Shown: piece after piece, positions 10,810 through 24,802 of the stretch
Layout: each line of letters begins with the position of its first letter
Numbering within the stretch: position 1 is the stretch's first letter
Source of the DNA: Callorhinchus milii
Taxonomy: Eukaryota
Assembly: GCF_018977255.1 (NCBI RefSeq)
Contig: NW_024704742.1
Span: 133,550,001 to 133,614,000, forward strand
Reading direction: 5' to 3'
Length of the DNA stretch: 64,000 nucleotides
Program-made: the position numbers and the translations under genes
The notes under the pieces: generated by a model
What the model saw: the letters and a program-made list of their open reading frames with translations, nothing else
Databases searched by the model: none
Told to the model about the DNA's origin: nothing

Positions 10810-11408
10810 CCCACGTTGCTCAATGGCTTGACTACACCAACTCCCTGCTGGCTGGACTTCCCAATACTTCCCTCACAAGCTGCAGATTATTCAAAACTCT
10901 GCAGTTCGTGGCCTTTACCACACCAGGCTTCACGAACCAATCACCCCATTCTTGCCCGGCTTCACTGGCTCCCCATTGCTCAGAGAATCGAGTACAAAAC
11001 CCTTGATCTCACCTTCAAAGCCCTCCACAGTCTTACTTCCCCCACCTCCCCAACCTCCTAACCCAATGTCAGCCTGTCTGCTCCCTCCGCTCGGTCGATA
11101 CCGCCTGCTTCAGTTCCCCCGCAGTTCCTGTCCCACCATTGGTGGACAGGCATTAAGCTTCTCTGCCCCCACACTCTGGAACTCTATCCCGCAATTCCTC
11201 CTCCTCACCCCTTCTCTTGCCTCCTTCAAGTCCTGTCAAAGACCTTCCTCTTCGACTGTGCCTTCAGCCATCCTTCCACCCCCACCCCCTCTGACCTCCA
11301 TACCTCCTGACCCCAACTCCCAGCTCCGGTCCCTGCTAGTCAAGTGCCCTTGTGTTTCTTTCCGACGTGAAGGGCGCTATACAAGTGTCATTTGTTGTTG
11401 TTGTTTGT
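10810..11408 (+). mobile_element. Older L2 3' fragment
   Basis: LARLHWLPIAQRIEYK and SAPTLWNSIP peptides; (TTG)n tail. Confidence 0.85.
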
Positions 11409-11792
11409 TATACAATTGATTTGAGTGCAGCCTGAATTTTCCAGAGATCTTTATCTGGTGGTAAAAGTCCTCCAAATCAACCCCACAGATGGCATTCAAG
11501 CTCCACGTTAGGTCTTTGAGCTTACATAGTCCAGGCTGATACTGGATAAGACAAACCAAGATCCTGTGCCTATTAGCTGCTTACCTCTCTGCAAACCAAT
11601 CATGGTGGATTCCAGGTGCTGGATGTACGAGCGGGTGTCACAAACTCAGATTCCAGATAACGCCTTCCAGCACCTGTTACCCCAAATCTCAGAGTTTACT
11701 CATCAACTATCTGGCAGACATCTGCCTTCAGTGTGATGGAGGACTTTTACAGGACAACTTGTGTCATGCTAGCCTTGAAGACCAAGTCTAAT

Positions 11793-12117
11793 AAGAACAT
11801 AAGAAATAGGGGCAGGAGGAGGCCATTCAGCCCCTCGAGCCTACCCCACCATTTAATAAGATCATGGCTGATCTACTAATCTAATTCAATTTATCTGCCC
11901 TATCCCCATATCCCTTAAACCCTTTAGGTTTTAAAAATCTATCGATCTTAGTCTTGAATATATTCAATGACTGAGCAGCCACAGCCTTCTGGGGTAGAGA
12001 ATCCCATAAATTCACTACCCTCTGAGTGAAGAAATGTTTTCTCAACTCAGTTCTAAAAGGCTGACCTTTAATCCTGAGACTATGACCCCTAGTTTTAGAT
12101 TCTCCAACCAGGGGAAA
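11793..12117 (-). mobile_element. CR1-clade LINE 3' fragment
   Basis: FPLVGESKTRGHSL...FFTQRVVNLWDSLP CR1 C-terminal peptide; ttcttatg-type tail. Confidence 0.85.
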
Positions 12118-12445
12118 CTTGCAGCTGTTACCCATGTTTGCTTTCAATCCACTTCACTGGACTTTGCAAATGGGTTGGAGGATGGTTTCGGCAAATCTGT
12201 CCCTGTTCTCTGGAATTCCATCCCAGAGTTCTCCCAAATTGTTCCCTTCCTCCACACATTCATCAGCCACCTCAAGACTTATCTATTTCACCATGCTTTC
12301 AATCATCTTTTCCCTCCCACCCTCTTCATCTCCCAGCCCCTCCGCCCGTCCAGACGTAGGGTGAGTACCTTGAGACATCCTCCCTACATGAACGAAAGTT
12401 GTGTTGTAAGAGAGATGGATTCAGTTTTGGCTATGATAATAATAA

Positions 12446-12834
12446 TGATAATAATAATAATCCTTGCATTTGATATAGCGTATCACGTAATCAAAACGCT
12501 TCACAGAATATATTGTAAAGTGGAGTTACTGTGTATTTTGTGGGTAAAATGCAGCAGCCAATTGCCCTCAGTAGTGTCCCAACATCAGCCACAATGACTC
12601 ACAAACAGTCATGGGTTGAGTGGCCAAATTATTATTTATTGAAATTTTTTTGAAGGATGATTACCCTGGAAAGCAGTCTTCTCAATCGACTAACATCTGG
12701 GTTCCTGTTTACTGTTAGCTGAACAGAGGTGCGTGGAGTAAGGAAACTTACCCAAGGTTTCGCCCTGCCCGGAATTGAACCCAGGTCTTTTAGCTTGTGA
12801 GGAGAGTGCACTAACCACTATAATACGGGACTCC
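12446..12834 (-). mobile_element. tRNA/Deu SINE, long subfamily
   Basis: Reverse complement of SINE head, core and (ATT)n tail. Confidence 0.85.
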
Positions 12835-13850
12835 ATATGCCTGTACCATGGTATACTCTATACTGTAAAATAGTTAAAATTTAACAGGATTTGTCTGCTC
12901 CATCTGTGCCTTAGCATGCCTGTGGTTTCAATCATTGTAAGTCACGGCCCAGAGCTTTAAAGGCATGTTAGCAAAAGCAGAGGCTTGTTTTGCCTTAAGC
13001 CACCAATCTCATCAGTGGCATAGACATTATTCTCTATGGCGAGAATGACTGTGCCTCTCCACATTAGGTTTCCCATGGACTTTGTCGTAATGTTCAATCA
13101 CTTTATTAAATGCTAAAATAAAATTGCATTGGCTTAAATATTGTCTAGACTAAAGGCTACTTTAATCTCTCAAATACAGTTATGCAGATAATTGAATTCT
13201 GTGTTTTCAAAGTAAGTGGATTATTGCAATCGTCAATCACAGTGTTCCAAAGTCTAATAGTGTGGTGGTCTGGTTTTGTGGAATGATGTGATGTGAAAAT
13301 ATGTTGTTGAATGGGATTCATTTATTATTAATTACTTATTGTTATTATTGATTACCAACTTTCCCACCCGGCGTGAAAGGCAGTATATAAATGCAAGTTG
13401 TTGCATTTATGATCATGTAAAGCAAACCTGATAAGCTCTTTTATCTTGTACAGAACAGTAGAACCAGAGGACATGGCCCAATCAGTAAAACGTTATTTCA
13501 TTGATCGGGTAGTAAATGTAAATGTATGGAACAGACTCCCTTGGGAGACGGTGGAAGCAGAAAGTGTTGATGCTTTTAAAATGAAAATTAGATTGACTAA
13601 TTTTAGGAAATAATATCTTTGGATGCAGTATATAGCTTGGGACATGACATGTGCATGTGAGTGCGAGGATGGTGGAAGGCGAACTGGATGGACCTCGGTT
13701 TTCTTTCGTCTAGTAAATGGAAATTAAAGACTTGCAAATTATTACTTGCAAACTGATTAGCACATGGTTGTGGGGGTTTTGCCGATGAGGTTAACAAGTT
13801 ATGAGATAATAATAATAATCCTACTAAAGAACAGACACCAGTAAGATTTG

Positions 13851-14250
13851 ATAATAATAATCCTTGCATTTAATAATAATAATAATCCTTGCATTTGATA
13901 TAGTGCTTTTCAGGTCTTCTCGATGTCTCAAAGTGCTTCACAGAATATACTGTAAAGTGAATTGACTGTGTATTTTGTGGGTGAAGCGTGGCAGCCAATT
14001 GCACACAGCAGCGTCCCACAAATAGTTGGGGATTGAGTGACCAAATTTTAAAATTTTTTATGATCATGTAAAGCGATCATGGAAGAGCGATCCACCAATC
14101 GACTACCAACCGGGTTCCTACTTCCTGCTAGGTAAACGGAGGTGTGTGGAGTAAGGAAACTTGCCCAGCGTTTCGCCCTGCTAGGAAATGAAATCAGGAT
14201 CTCTTGCTTGTGAGGCGAGTGCTCGGACCACTAAAAACATGTAATCCGGC
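13851..14250 (-). mobile_element. tRNA/Deu SINE with duplicated 3' tail
   Basis: Reverse complement of the SINE; tail unit aatgcaaggattattatt present twice (13851-13895). Confidence 0.85.
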
Positions 14251-15756
14251 TGATCTCGTGCTTTTCAGCTGAGTGCCATGGTTTGCAGAGAGGTTTGTGG
14301 GCTGGGGAGGGGGTGACAGGGCAAGGAGCTGAGTGGGAGTATTCCCTGCCCCTAGTGAGCGGTTTGCCTGCCCCTCCAAGTCCTGCTGAGGAGCCAGGTT
14401 GGCTGGGCTGTCATCAGTGGTCCCCTGGACTGATGCAGACTTGCCTGCCTCAGAAACCAAGACAGCCACAGAGGGTTGACTTGACTCCCACATTGCATGA
14501 CCAAGAGTACGTCAACTCAGAGCCAATTGTTCTGACCTACAGAACAAGATGACGTAACCTTTAAATGAGAACTAAACCAGGTCAGAGCTAAATCAGAAAA
14601 CATTTTTCAACAAAAAGAATTGTGGAAATGTAGAATTCACAACCTCCAAAAGATTGTGGATAACTCGTCAGTCAAAATATTCCATATTAATAATTCTTGC
14701 ATTTGTTATGGAGTCTTTTCAAGTCATTAGCCTATGAGCAGAGATTGGAGCAACTGAGACTTTTTCTGGGACTGGGCAGAGTATAAAGGGATATGGTGTA
14801 CAGGGCAGACAAATAGGAATAAATTGGGCATTAATCAGTACCTAAGAAAATAGTTATAAACATTTTCTTCTGATATTTAAGCGCTCTGGGATACTACCCT
14901 ATGTGAAGGGCATTATATAAATGTTGTTGTTGTTGATCCATGTTAAGTCCCTGCTCTATCACAGTTCATCAGAAGGTCTGTCTGTAATGCGCATTTTGTA
15001 ATATATATTTAGGTTTCCCCACCACTTCCGATTTGAATTGTCTCTCAATTTGTCAGTTCCATTGCAATGTATTTCAAGGTAAAATGAGCGTCTCAAAAAT
15101 TGGGGTTTGGCGGATGGGATAATCCAGCTAGCAACAGAGATATCGAAAAACATGTTTTTTTTCTATTGAAATTCTAATTTGTTGTGTCTGCCTAATGGTG
15201 ACCTTCATGTGATGTGAATTAATGATGCAATCTGTGGCTGCTTCAAACATAATTGAAATATTTTCAGCATTATTGCTCCATTTATATAAATGAATTGTTT
15301 GAAAGCAGCATATTATTGTTTTAAATTGTTCATATCCAAATCCTCTAAATGTCAGCGCTTAATAATCATGCCCACAGGTCTGTGATGTAAAATGGACTGC
15401 GTGAGTCTGCCCTTAAATAGCATGTCTTAGAATTACACCAAGCAACAGCTTTGGTTAGAATACTCGCCTTGCAAGCGAGAGGACCTGGGTTCGATTCCCA
15501 GGTGAGGCAAAACTTTAAGCAAGTTTCTTTACTCCACACGCCTCCGTTCACCTAGCAGTATGTAGGAACTCAGTTGTTAATCGATTGGTGGATCGCTTTC
15601 TGGGGTAATAATCCCTTCAAAAAGAATATGGTCACAAAATTATTCCAGCTCTCTCTTGATTTTGCTAACATTGTTTGCCTCCTTCAGTGGTCTCCATCAG
15701 ACATTGTACGGATTGAATATAAACAGTGTGTTCACTTTCCCTCCTCTGAACCTGAG

Positions 15757-15760
<4 letters not shown>

Positions 15761-15794
<34 letters not shown>

Positions 15795-16100
15795 CCTTGC
15801 TTTTGATATGACGCTTTTTACGTCGGGAGGATGTCCCAAAGCGCTTCACGGAACACACTGTAAAGTGAATTGTCTGTATATTTGTGGGTGAACGCGGCAG
15901 CCAATTGCGCACAGCAATGTCCCACAAACAGTCGTAGATTGAAAATGACCAATTTATTATTGTTTTGGGTTTTGGAGGGATTATTATTAGGCTCTGTGTG
16001 GAGTAAGGAAACTTGCCCAAGGTTTCGCCCTCTGCCTGGAATTGAACTCAGGTCTCTCGCTTGCAAAGCGAGTGCTCTAACCACTGAGCTACAGGACTCC
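15761..16100 (-). mobile_element. Young full-length tRNA-Ala/Deu/L2-tail SINE
   Basis: Near-identical reverse complement of 49592-49900; long (ATT)n tail. Confidence 0.92.
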
Positions 16101-17354
16101 ACTCTACCCTGCTTCATCTCCTCCCCTCCCCATTGCTGTGTGAAATCAAACCTTCCTGAACATTTAATGATGAAATTGTTTCCCCTCATCAACAGAGCGA
16201 ATTATTAATTTTACAACTTTGCTGAACTGAGCAAAGCGAGAATCTTGTAACAAAATAGCAGCCAGGATGAAGGTTGGTTGCTTTACCGACACCTGGAGAA
16301 TTATCACTCTATCATTCGAGGTTTGTTATTTTTTTCTTGTGCTTAGCACAAGGCATGGAAATTAAACTAGCGGATGCTTCAGCCTTGCTCCTTTGAACAG
16401 AATCAATTCAAAATCAATATCTTTATACTGCACAACATTATGCTGGTTTTAGAACATCACTACGTTGATTTTAAGGCAGCATCTGGCATTTGCATGAGCA
16501 GACCATAGAAATAAATAATAATAACAACAACAATAAAATAATAACGGCCCTTGCATTTTTTACGACCCCATTATGTCAAATTATCTAATTTCCTATGGAG
16601 TGTAGCGACTGATGTATTTTGCGGCAAAAGCAGCAGCCAATTTGCACGCAGCAGTGTCCTTTCATTGAGACATCCCACAAACAGACATGAAGTGAAATTG
16701 AGTGACCAATTCTATTTGAGGAATTGTGACCAGGTTACCGGGAGTTAATCCCTTCTCTTTGTCGATTAGCACCGAGGGATTTTTAACGCCCACCTGAACA
16801 GGCAAACGGAACCTCAATTTACCATTTCATTTCATATTTAACATTTAACATTTTCACGTCACACCTGACATTGCAGGTCAAAGTCCAGATGGGAGCTTTG
16901 AACCACAATCATGAGTTGGAGGTGAAATTGCCATCATTTGAGCCACGTGACATCTTTATAATGGACGTTCAATAACATCACAGCTCCCACTAACGTAAAA
17001 TTCTAACTTTCTGTTTTAAACATTCCGCATCTCAATGTTCATCTCCGTCCAAATGAATGCTCATTTCTAATTAGCAAATAGATGGAATTTAATGAATACC
17101 ACAAGTTTATTAACCTGTGCAACCAGTCTACCATAAGAATTTTTAATAACGCTGCTTAAACAAGTCTCTATTCCAGATTTCAATGTCTGCACTCTGCTGA
17201 TGATCAGCAGGTGAAAGCAATCGCTGATAACTGGTCCCTTCACAAATATGTACAAATTTGCTTCTTTTGCAAGGCAAAAATTCACTTGAAAAAGATCTCA
17301 GTGATGATGCGGTCTTAAAACCAGTGATTTCTAACCTTTATCGCCCACAAAACC

Positions 17355-17760
17355 ACCAGTCTTTCGCATCACGGAGACATCACAAAGCGCTTTGCAGGAT
17401 TTACTGTAAAGTTCAGTGACTGTGTATGTTTTGTAGATGAATGTGGCAGTCAATTTGCACACAGTAATGTCCCACAAACAGCTCATGAAGTGAGGGACCA
17501 ATTTTATTTGAGGGATTGTTGGCCAGAATACTTTAGAAACTCCCTTCTCTTTTCGAATAGTGCGTGGGATCTTTAACATCCCCCCGAACAGGCAGATGGA
17601 ACCTCGATTGAACGTCTCATCTAAAGGATGGCACCTCTGACAATGCAGCACAACCCCAGCACTGCATTAGAGTGCCATCTTAGACTGTATGAGTTCCAAC
17701 ATAGAGCTTGAACCCACAGCCTTGTGAGACGAGAGAGATACCAATGAGCAAGGCTGAGAC
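17355..17760 (-). mobile_element. Older DeuSINE (SacSINE1-like)
   Basis: Reverse complement of head, body (gacgttcaatcgaggttcc), Deu core and tail. Confidence 0.7.
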
Positions 17761-18818
17761 TTAGTCTGGAACATCACAGCATTTAGACTTCAATGCCTCA
17801 GTTCTCTAAGTAAAATTACTATGTATTAAGGTGTTGTTCATTGTCTGTTACAACTGTGTCCTTGGGGCTAAGCCTTTCAGATATAACCACAGTTATTTAA
17901 TGAATTTAATGAAGCAATTGACTTTCGCAAGCGGGTCTTGTAAAACAAGGCAGACGTCTGTAACAGCTGATTATTTAGCTAATCTCGCTGTTGCAAACTT
18001 ATACCCTTCACTGAACTTCTATTATCAAAATAATGCACTGCAGACATAGTGGGACTAAATCTTCATCTCGAGTTAAATAGAGCTGAAAAAAACATAAGCT
18101 AGTCCATCTGTTTGCTTTGCATAGATGAGTCTATCTTCCTATGTCAGTGCGCAAGGTGAAACAGAGCATCTGCAGGCAACGCTTTTGTTTATTGAGAAAG
18201 ACACAGTTGGTGCCTTTATGTGTTGGTCGTGTCTGTACAAACAATTTGATTCCTGCTGCCTAATGCAAATTCAACTCCGAACAAATTGCCCCCCAAAATG
18301 TTTGTCAAGTTATAGAATGAAACTTAGCAAGGAGCCTCTCTATTTTTAGCTGTACCAGATCCCACCATAAATGAATGTTGTATTTGAGAGATAAAGTCAA
18401 CAGGCTAACTCGCTCAATATATGTAAAACTGTCATACTGTATTGCCTCAGCACTCTTTGCGAGTGAGATGCTAAGCTGAATTTCTGTGCCCAAGATTTGG
18501 TGGACAATCAACAATTTGATTGTGGAGGCCTGTAGCGTATTGGTTAGAGCGCTTTCCTCGCACGTGAGAGGACCCAGGTTTGATTTCCAGGCTGGGCGAA
18601 ACCTTAGGTAAGGTTCCTTACTCCACACACCTCTGTTTCCCTAGGGGTAAGTAGGAAATTGGTTGTTAGTGGATTGGTGGATCCCTTTTCTGAGGGTAAT
18701 AATCTCTCCCAAAGTTATTGTATTTAATCACAACCTAAAGGATTTGATAAGGTGGATGTTGATCGTCTGTTTCCATGTGTTGGCAAGTCCAAAACAAAAG
18801 CATAAATATAAGGTAGGA

Positions 18819-18909
18819 AAAGCACAGAATTTTCTGGGAACACTCAGCAGCTGAGCAACTTCTGTTTTTGTTTCAGATTTCTAGCAACTGCAGTATTTTG
18901 TGTTTTGAG
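18819..18909 (+). mobile_element. Collapsed palindromic Penelope-like insertion, copy 3, inside a CR1 fragment
   Basis: Same terminal sequence as copies 1 and 2 in opposite orientation (tttcagatttctagcaactgcagtattttgtgtttt), centre deleted; 12-bp TSD TATAAG(G/A)TAGGA at 18807-18818 and 18910-18921. Confidence 0.65.
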
Positions 18910-19208
18910 TATAAGATAGGAGTTCAGCAGTAACTTTTTGACTCAGAGGGTGGTGATAATGTAGAACTCACTGTTGGAAACTATGGTTGAAGTAAATAAG
19001 TGTCAGTGTGTTAAGGGAAAACTTGATACGTGAGTGGGGATTATCAGGGATGGAGGATCATGTGGAATATAATCACCGTCACGGACTTGTTGGGCTGAAT
19101 GCTTGTTTCCACGCTGAAGCATTCTATGAAACTCTATGTAACCTTTTGGTTGCTAGATAACGGTTGAGTGAATGACTGATAGTGAAATATCACTGAAGGT
19201 CTACCGTG

Positions 19209-19678
19209 AGTCAGCTTGGCTCAGTTGGTAGCACTTTCACCTTTGAGTCAGTGGGTTCATGGGTTCATGTCCCATGTTGGGACTTGGAACTCATATAATC
19301 TAAGGACGTCCTGCCGACGTGAAAGGTGCGATACAAATGTAATTTTATTGTTGTTGTTGTTGACACTCCTGGGGGAGTTCTGCATTGTAGGTGACGCTGC
19401 CCTATGGATGAGATGCTGTCTGTCTGTTCAGGTGGACATTAAAGTTGCTATTTGATGGCATTATTTGAAAAGAGAAGGGAATTTCTCCCGATGTCCTGAC
19501 CAACAATCCCCCAAATAAAATTGGTCACTCACTTCATGGCTGTTTGTGGGATGTTGCTATGCATAAAAATTGACTGCCACATTCATCCACAGTCACAACA
19601 CTTTACAGTGTATCCTGTGAAGCAATTGAGGAGGTCCTCCTGATGTAAAATGCGCTTTACAAAATGTAAGTATTATTA
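19209..19678 (+). mobile_element. Older DeuSINE interrupted by an L2 tail of about 58 bp (19303-19360)
   Basis: gtcagcttggctcagttggtagcact head; host motif ataatctagg...tgacactcc is split by ggacgtcctgccgacgtgaaagg...ttgttgttg. Confidence 0.75.
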
Positions 19679-21463
19679 GGCGCAATTCCTGGTTATGAAT
19701 GAAATCTTTATATATTATATATATCTCTGTGAAGCGCTTTGAGACATCTCAAAGATTATGACACAAACTGAAGCAATATCACTCTTTTATGTTTCTCAAT
19801 AGTGTAACAGGGTAAGCACATTCTATCAGAATAGCTCAACTAATACATATCTTTGCATTCGATACAGCATCTTTGAAGTCAGACAGACATCTCAAAGCGC
19901 TTTGCAGTATATACTGTAAAGTGACTGTAATTTGTAGATAAGCATGGCAGCCAATTTGAACACAACAATGTTCCACAGGCAGCTGTGAAGTGAAATTAAT
20001 GAAGGTTTAATCATCATTTTGGTGTCCGTTTGTGTCAATTGTAATTTTAGCAGCTTTCTGAGAGAACGCATTTCCAGAGTTTCCCAGAGTGATTGACTTT
20101 CCCTAATTAATGGGATATAAAAAGACTTAATGCGCCGAGGAAATAAATAATTTTCCATCTCAGTTTTGAAATTGCTGTCGGCTTTTTAATAGGAGCTGAG
20201 TGTTTCATTCCCTCCACAGTCATTGGGAAGTTTACAACAGATATCAAGAATGTTTAATGAAAATTTTTTTTTTGCATAACTCATACATGTGGTGTTTGCA
20301 ATTTGCCCAGCAGTCCTGCTGTTTTCAGTTAGACATCTGTATGCTTCTCTATTTTTACATATATATTTGACAGTGTGTGTAATGGAGAGGGAAATTGTAA
20401 GAGTTGACGCTCAGCTAACTGGTTCTGTGAGATTCTGTGGTTGGTGGAGACGTGAATTGATATTGATGCCTTTTGTTGTATGTTTCCGCACTGTCCAGAC
20501 TGGTAGATTACTTGAGAATAAACCAGATGAAAGATAAAACATTGGACAAGAGGTTCACAGAAACAGGATGCATGATAGGTCTTTAAAGGGAATCTGAAAA
20601 GAGAAACTATGAAAAGGTTTGTGTATGTGGTGAGTGGGACTACATGGATTTCAAGGTCTCCAGAAGAGGGATTATCAAACAGATACCGTGATTTGAGGGC
20701 TACAAAACGGCGATTACTATTTAGAAGAAGCAGATTTTACAATTGAATGCTTTTGCACCATTGCACTCAGTTCACCCACTAGCATGAATATGATTTGAGA
20801 CGTCCTCCTGATGTGAAATGCACTATATAGATGTAAATTGTGTTGTATCTGAACCAGGATATTGTGTATTGTATTGTGGCTGGAAGGTTGAAGCAAAATG
20901 TATTGGGCTCTCAGGCCTCAGTTAATGCTACGTCTGTGCTGCATAGGACTGCAGTATATTTGCTATAGTGTTGCATTAATTGGTGTAACTGCTAGTAATA
21001 GGGGTCTGTCTGTTTTTATAAATAATAATCTTTACATTCTTTACGTTGGGAAGCCATCTCAAAGCACTCCCAAAGCAGGCCATCTCAAAGCACTCTGTAA
21101 AGTGTAGTGACTGTGCAATCGTAGGCAAAGGCAGCAGCCAATTTGTGCAATATTTTCAATGACTCACAAGTGGGAGTCAGGACACTGACCCTTTTCAAAT
21201 GTGCCATGAGATCTTTAGCTGAACAAGCAGATCTGGGTCTTGTTTAACATCTTATCTGAAGCCCATCACCTCCGACAATGCAACACATCCCCAACACTCC
21301 AGTGGGTGTCCACATACACTATTTTGTTCCAAACTCTGACGTGGAGTTTGAACCCACAACATTCTGACTCAGACGCGAGAGTGCTACTGACTAACCCAAA
21401 GTAACATTTGTAAACAAGGTGACTGGGAGAGGTGCTGTACGCAGCCTCACTGTTGTCATAACT

Positions 21464-21785
21464 GGAGTCCTGTAGGCTCAGTGGTTAGAGCACTCGCCTT
21501 GCAAGCGAGACAACTGGGTTCAATTCCAGGCAGGGCGAAACCTGGGCAAGTTTCCTTACTCCACACGCCTAATAATAATCCCTCCAATAAACAAAACAAT
21601 AATAAATTGATCATTTTCAATCTACGACTGTTTGTGGGACACTGCTGTGCACAATTGACTGCAGCGTTTTGCCCACAAATATACAGTCAATTCACTTTAC
21701 AGCATATTCCATGAAGCACTTTGAGACGTCTAGAAGACGTGAAAAGCGCCATATCAAATGCAAGGATTATTATTAGTATTATTAT
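21464..21785 (+). mobile_element. tRNA-Ala/Deu SINE, short subfamily
   Basis: Full head, core and tail; tail loop gacgtc-tagaa-gacgt. Confidence 0.9.
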
Positions 21786-22549
21786 CCACTGATTCGAGAC
21801 AGACTGTTGATCAAACCTGGGATCTTCCTGTGTGACTCAAGTACATTTGCCAACTGAGCCGGGCAAGGGCAGGGAACTGCAGGTCTATTTTTATCTTATT
21901 TCTGATTCTCTTGAGTCTCTGTTTTGATGAAAAAGTTCAGTGTTGTTCAGACCCCACATTCAGCAAGGTCTGCTGGTACTAACAGTAACCTCAAACTCTA
22001 ATTCCATTTGTTGGCTCCTACTTCAGCATTGCACAATCCCCAGTGTACTATTGGACCAGTATTTTGAGACGTGTCCATCTGTTTCACATAGCCACCAGGC
22101 ATGTGTTGCAGCTGTAACTGAATTAAGCAGTGGAGTGCGGTGCTCTGCTTTCCTTTTAATATTGCACTGGTCACATTGGACATGTCTGATGAAAGTCACT
22201 ATCTGTCTGTCCTGTTCAAAAAGCATAAACAAACAAACATAACTAACCCTTGCCTTTTTATATAGCAGAGTTCAACACAGAACAACTTCGCAAAGCCGTT
22301 CACGCCGGGACCCTGAACACACATAGTCCAGGCTGACACTTCAATGCAGTGCTGGGGGAGTGCTTCACAGTATTTTACTGTTGAGTGCAGTGACTGTATT
22401 TTGTAGGTGAATGCGGCAACCAATTTACAAACAACATTATCACACAATCAATATTTTCTGGTGGGAATATTGGCCAGGATACCAGGAGAAATTCCCTTCA
22501 CTTTACCAATAGTGCCATGGGATCTTTTATGTCTGCCCTAACAGGCAGA

Positions 22550-23990
22550 CTCCTCAAAAAACCCTCCCTAGATCCCTCAAACCCCAGCCACTACCGCCCC
22601 ATTTCTAATCTGCCCTTCCTCGCAAAAGTCCTAGAACGCGTTGTTGCCAATCAATTTCGCGCACACCTCTCCTCCCGCTCCCTCTTCGAACCCCTCCAAT
22701 CCGGCTTCCTCCCTACCCACAGTACGGAGACTGCACTTGTGAAAGTCACAAACGACATCCTCTCTATCTGTGACCAGGGTTCCCTCTGCCTCCTTGTTCT
22801 CCTGGACATCTCCGCGGCGTTCGACACAGTCGATCACACCATCCCCCTCCACTGCCTTTCCTCCGTCATCCACATCAGTGTGACCACACTCGCCTGGTTC
22901 GAGTCCTACCTCACAAACCGCCTTGTGTACATCTGCACAAACGGCTTCTCCTCCTGCTCTCACCAAGTTACCTGAGGGGTACCCCAAGGATCCATCCTTG
23001 GCCCATTCCTCTTTCTGATCTACATGCTCCCATTTGGGGATGTCATCCGCAGACATGGGGTGCATTTTCAGATGTACGTGGACGACACCCAACTCTATTT
23101 TTCCACCTCTCTTTGCGACGCCTTGTCCCCTGATGTTCTGTCAGCCTGCCTGTCAGATCTCAGGGGCTGGATGAACTCAAATTTCCTTCAGCTGAACGTT
23201 GACAAGACGGAAGCCACACTCTTTGGCTCTAGCCAATGTCTAAAATCTCATGGCTCTCACCTCCTCCACCTATCCGACCTCCCCCTAAAACTCTCCGAAC
23301 CCGTACGCAACCTAGTCATCAGGTTCGATCCCCAATTATCCTTCCTCCCCCATATCCGGTCCCTTCTATCACCTCCGACGCATCGTCTGTCTCCGCCAAT
23401 ACCTCTCTCCGAAGCCGCTGAAACCCTAGTCCATGCTTTTGTCACCTCTCGGCTAGACTATTCTAACGCCCTCCTCGCCAGTCTCCCATCCATAAAATCC
23501 AAATCATTCAAAACTCTGCCGCCCACATTCTCACCCGCACCAAACTCCGCTCCTCGATCATCCCGTTCTTGCCAGACTACCCTGGCTGCCTGTCCCAGAG
23601 AGGTTCGACTTTAAGATCCTCACCCTTGTATTCAAATCTCTCCACTCCTTTGTACTACTTCTCTGACCTCTCTTCTCAAAACAGTACCCGTTGCCTTCAT
23701 TCCTCCGGGTCTGGACTCCTCTTCATCCCCCAAGTCCTCCGCTCCACCCTCGGCGGCCGTGCCTTCAGCCACTATGCTCTGAGGCTCTGGAATTCCCTTC
23801 CTCACTCCCTTCGCCTCGTTCTCTCTCTTCCTATTTTAAGGTCTCTACTGAAGACCTTTCTCTTCGACCGCGCCTTTGGTCACCTTCCTCCCCCTCCCCC
23901 TGGCTCGGCCCCGGGATCCATTACTGTGAAGCGCTCTGAGCTGCCGTCCGGTGTGGAGGGCACTATATAAATCAAAGTTGTCGTTGTTGC
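22550..23990 (+). mobile_element. Degenerate L2-clade LINE (RT domain to 3' end)
   Basis: YRPISNLPFLAKVLE, QSGF...HSTETAL, LDISAAFDTVDH and MYVDDTQLY motifs with stops and frameshifts; (TTG)-type tail. Confidence 0.92.
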
Positions 23991-24454
23991 ATTTGTAGTC
24001 AGGACACCAGGAGAAACTCCCTTCTGTTTTTCGAGTAGCTTTAACTATTTAACGTTCACCTGAACATAAGTTATATTATATAACATAACATAACGGATCG
24101 ATTTAAGGATCCTCACACTCACCTACATATCACTTAATACACTAGTACTTCCCTGCTTCTCCAACCTGCCCGCACCCCCCTCCTCTATCTGTTCCCTTCA
24201 TTCAACTAGCTCGGGCTTTCTACACGTCCCTTGAGTCCACACCTACACTCACTTCACTTCTCTCTCTCGTTCAGCATCAACTCTGCCACCGATAAACACT
24301 TTGAGACGCTACGCTGTGTAAAGGGAGCTGTGTAAAAACTAGATGCTGTTGTTGATTATTCAGGCTTGCCTCCTAGACCTCGCTGTCTCCTGGCTGCCAA
24401 CTTTGCCGCTGCCAGCCATCAGCTCGTTTGACAACAGTTCCTATGAAGTCCTGT

Positions 24455-24802
24455 GGAGTCCTGTAGCTCAGTAGTGTGGAGTCCTGTAGCTCAGTGGTTA
24501 GAGCACTCGCTTTGCAAGCGAGAGACCTGAGTTCAATTCCAGGCAGGGCGAAACCTTGGGCAATTTTCCTTACTCCACACGCCTAATAATAATCCTCAAC
24601 AACCAAAAAAAAAGAAAAAAACAATAATAAATTGGTCATTTTCAATCTACGACTGTGGGACATTGCTGTGCGCAATTGGCTGCCGCGTTCGCCCACAAAT
24701 ATACAGTCAATTCACTTTCCAGTATATTCTGTGAAGCGCTTGGGACTCCTCCCGACGTGAAAAGGCTATATCAAATGCAAGGATTATTATTATTATTATT
24801 AT
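24455..24802 (+). mobile_element. Young SINE with tandemly duplicated 5' end
   Basis: tgtggagtcctgtagctcagt occurs twice (24452 and 24475), then a complete SINE follows. Confidence 0.9.

Noticed and set aside
15760..16208. Recurrent 60-120 aa ORFs such as MGKFPYST... and [24 protein letters not shown]
   Set aside because: They recur because they are translations of the multicopy SINE.
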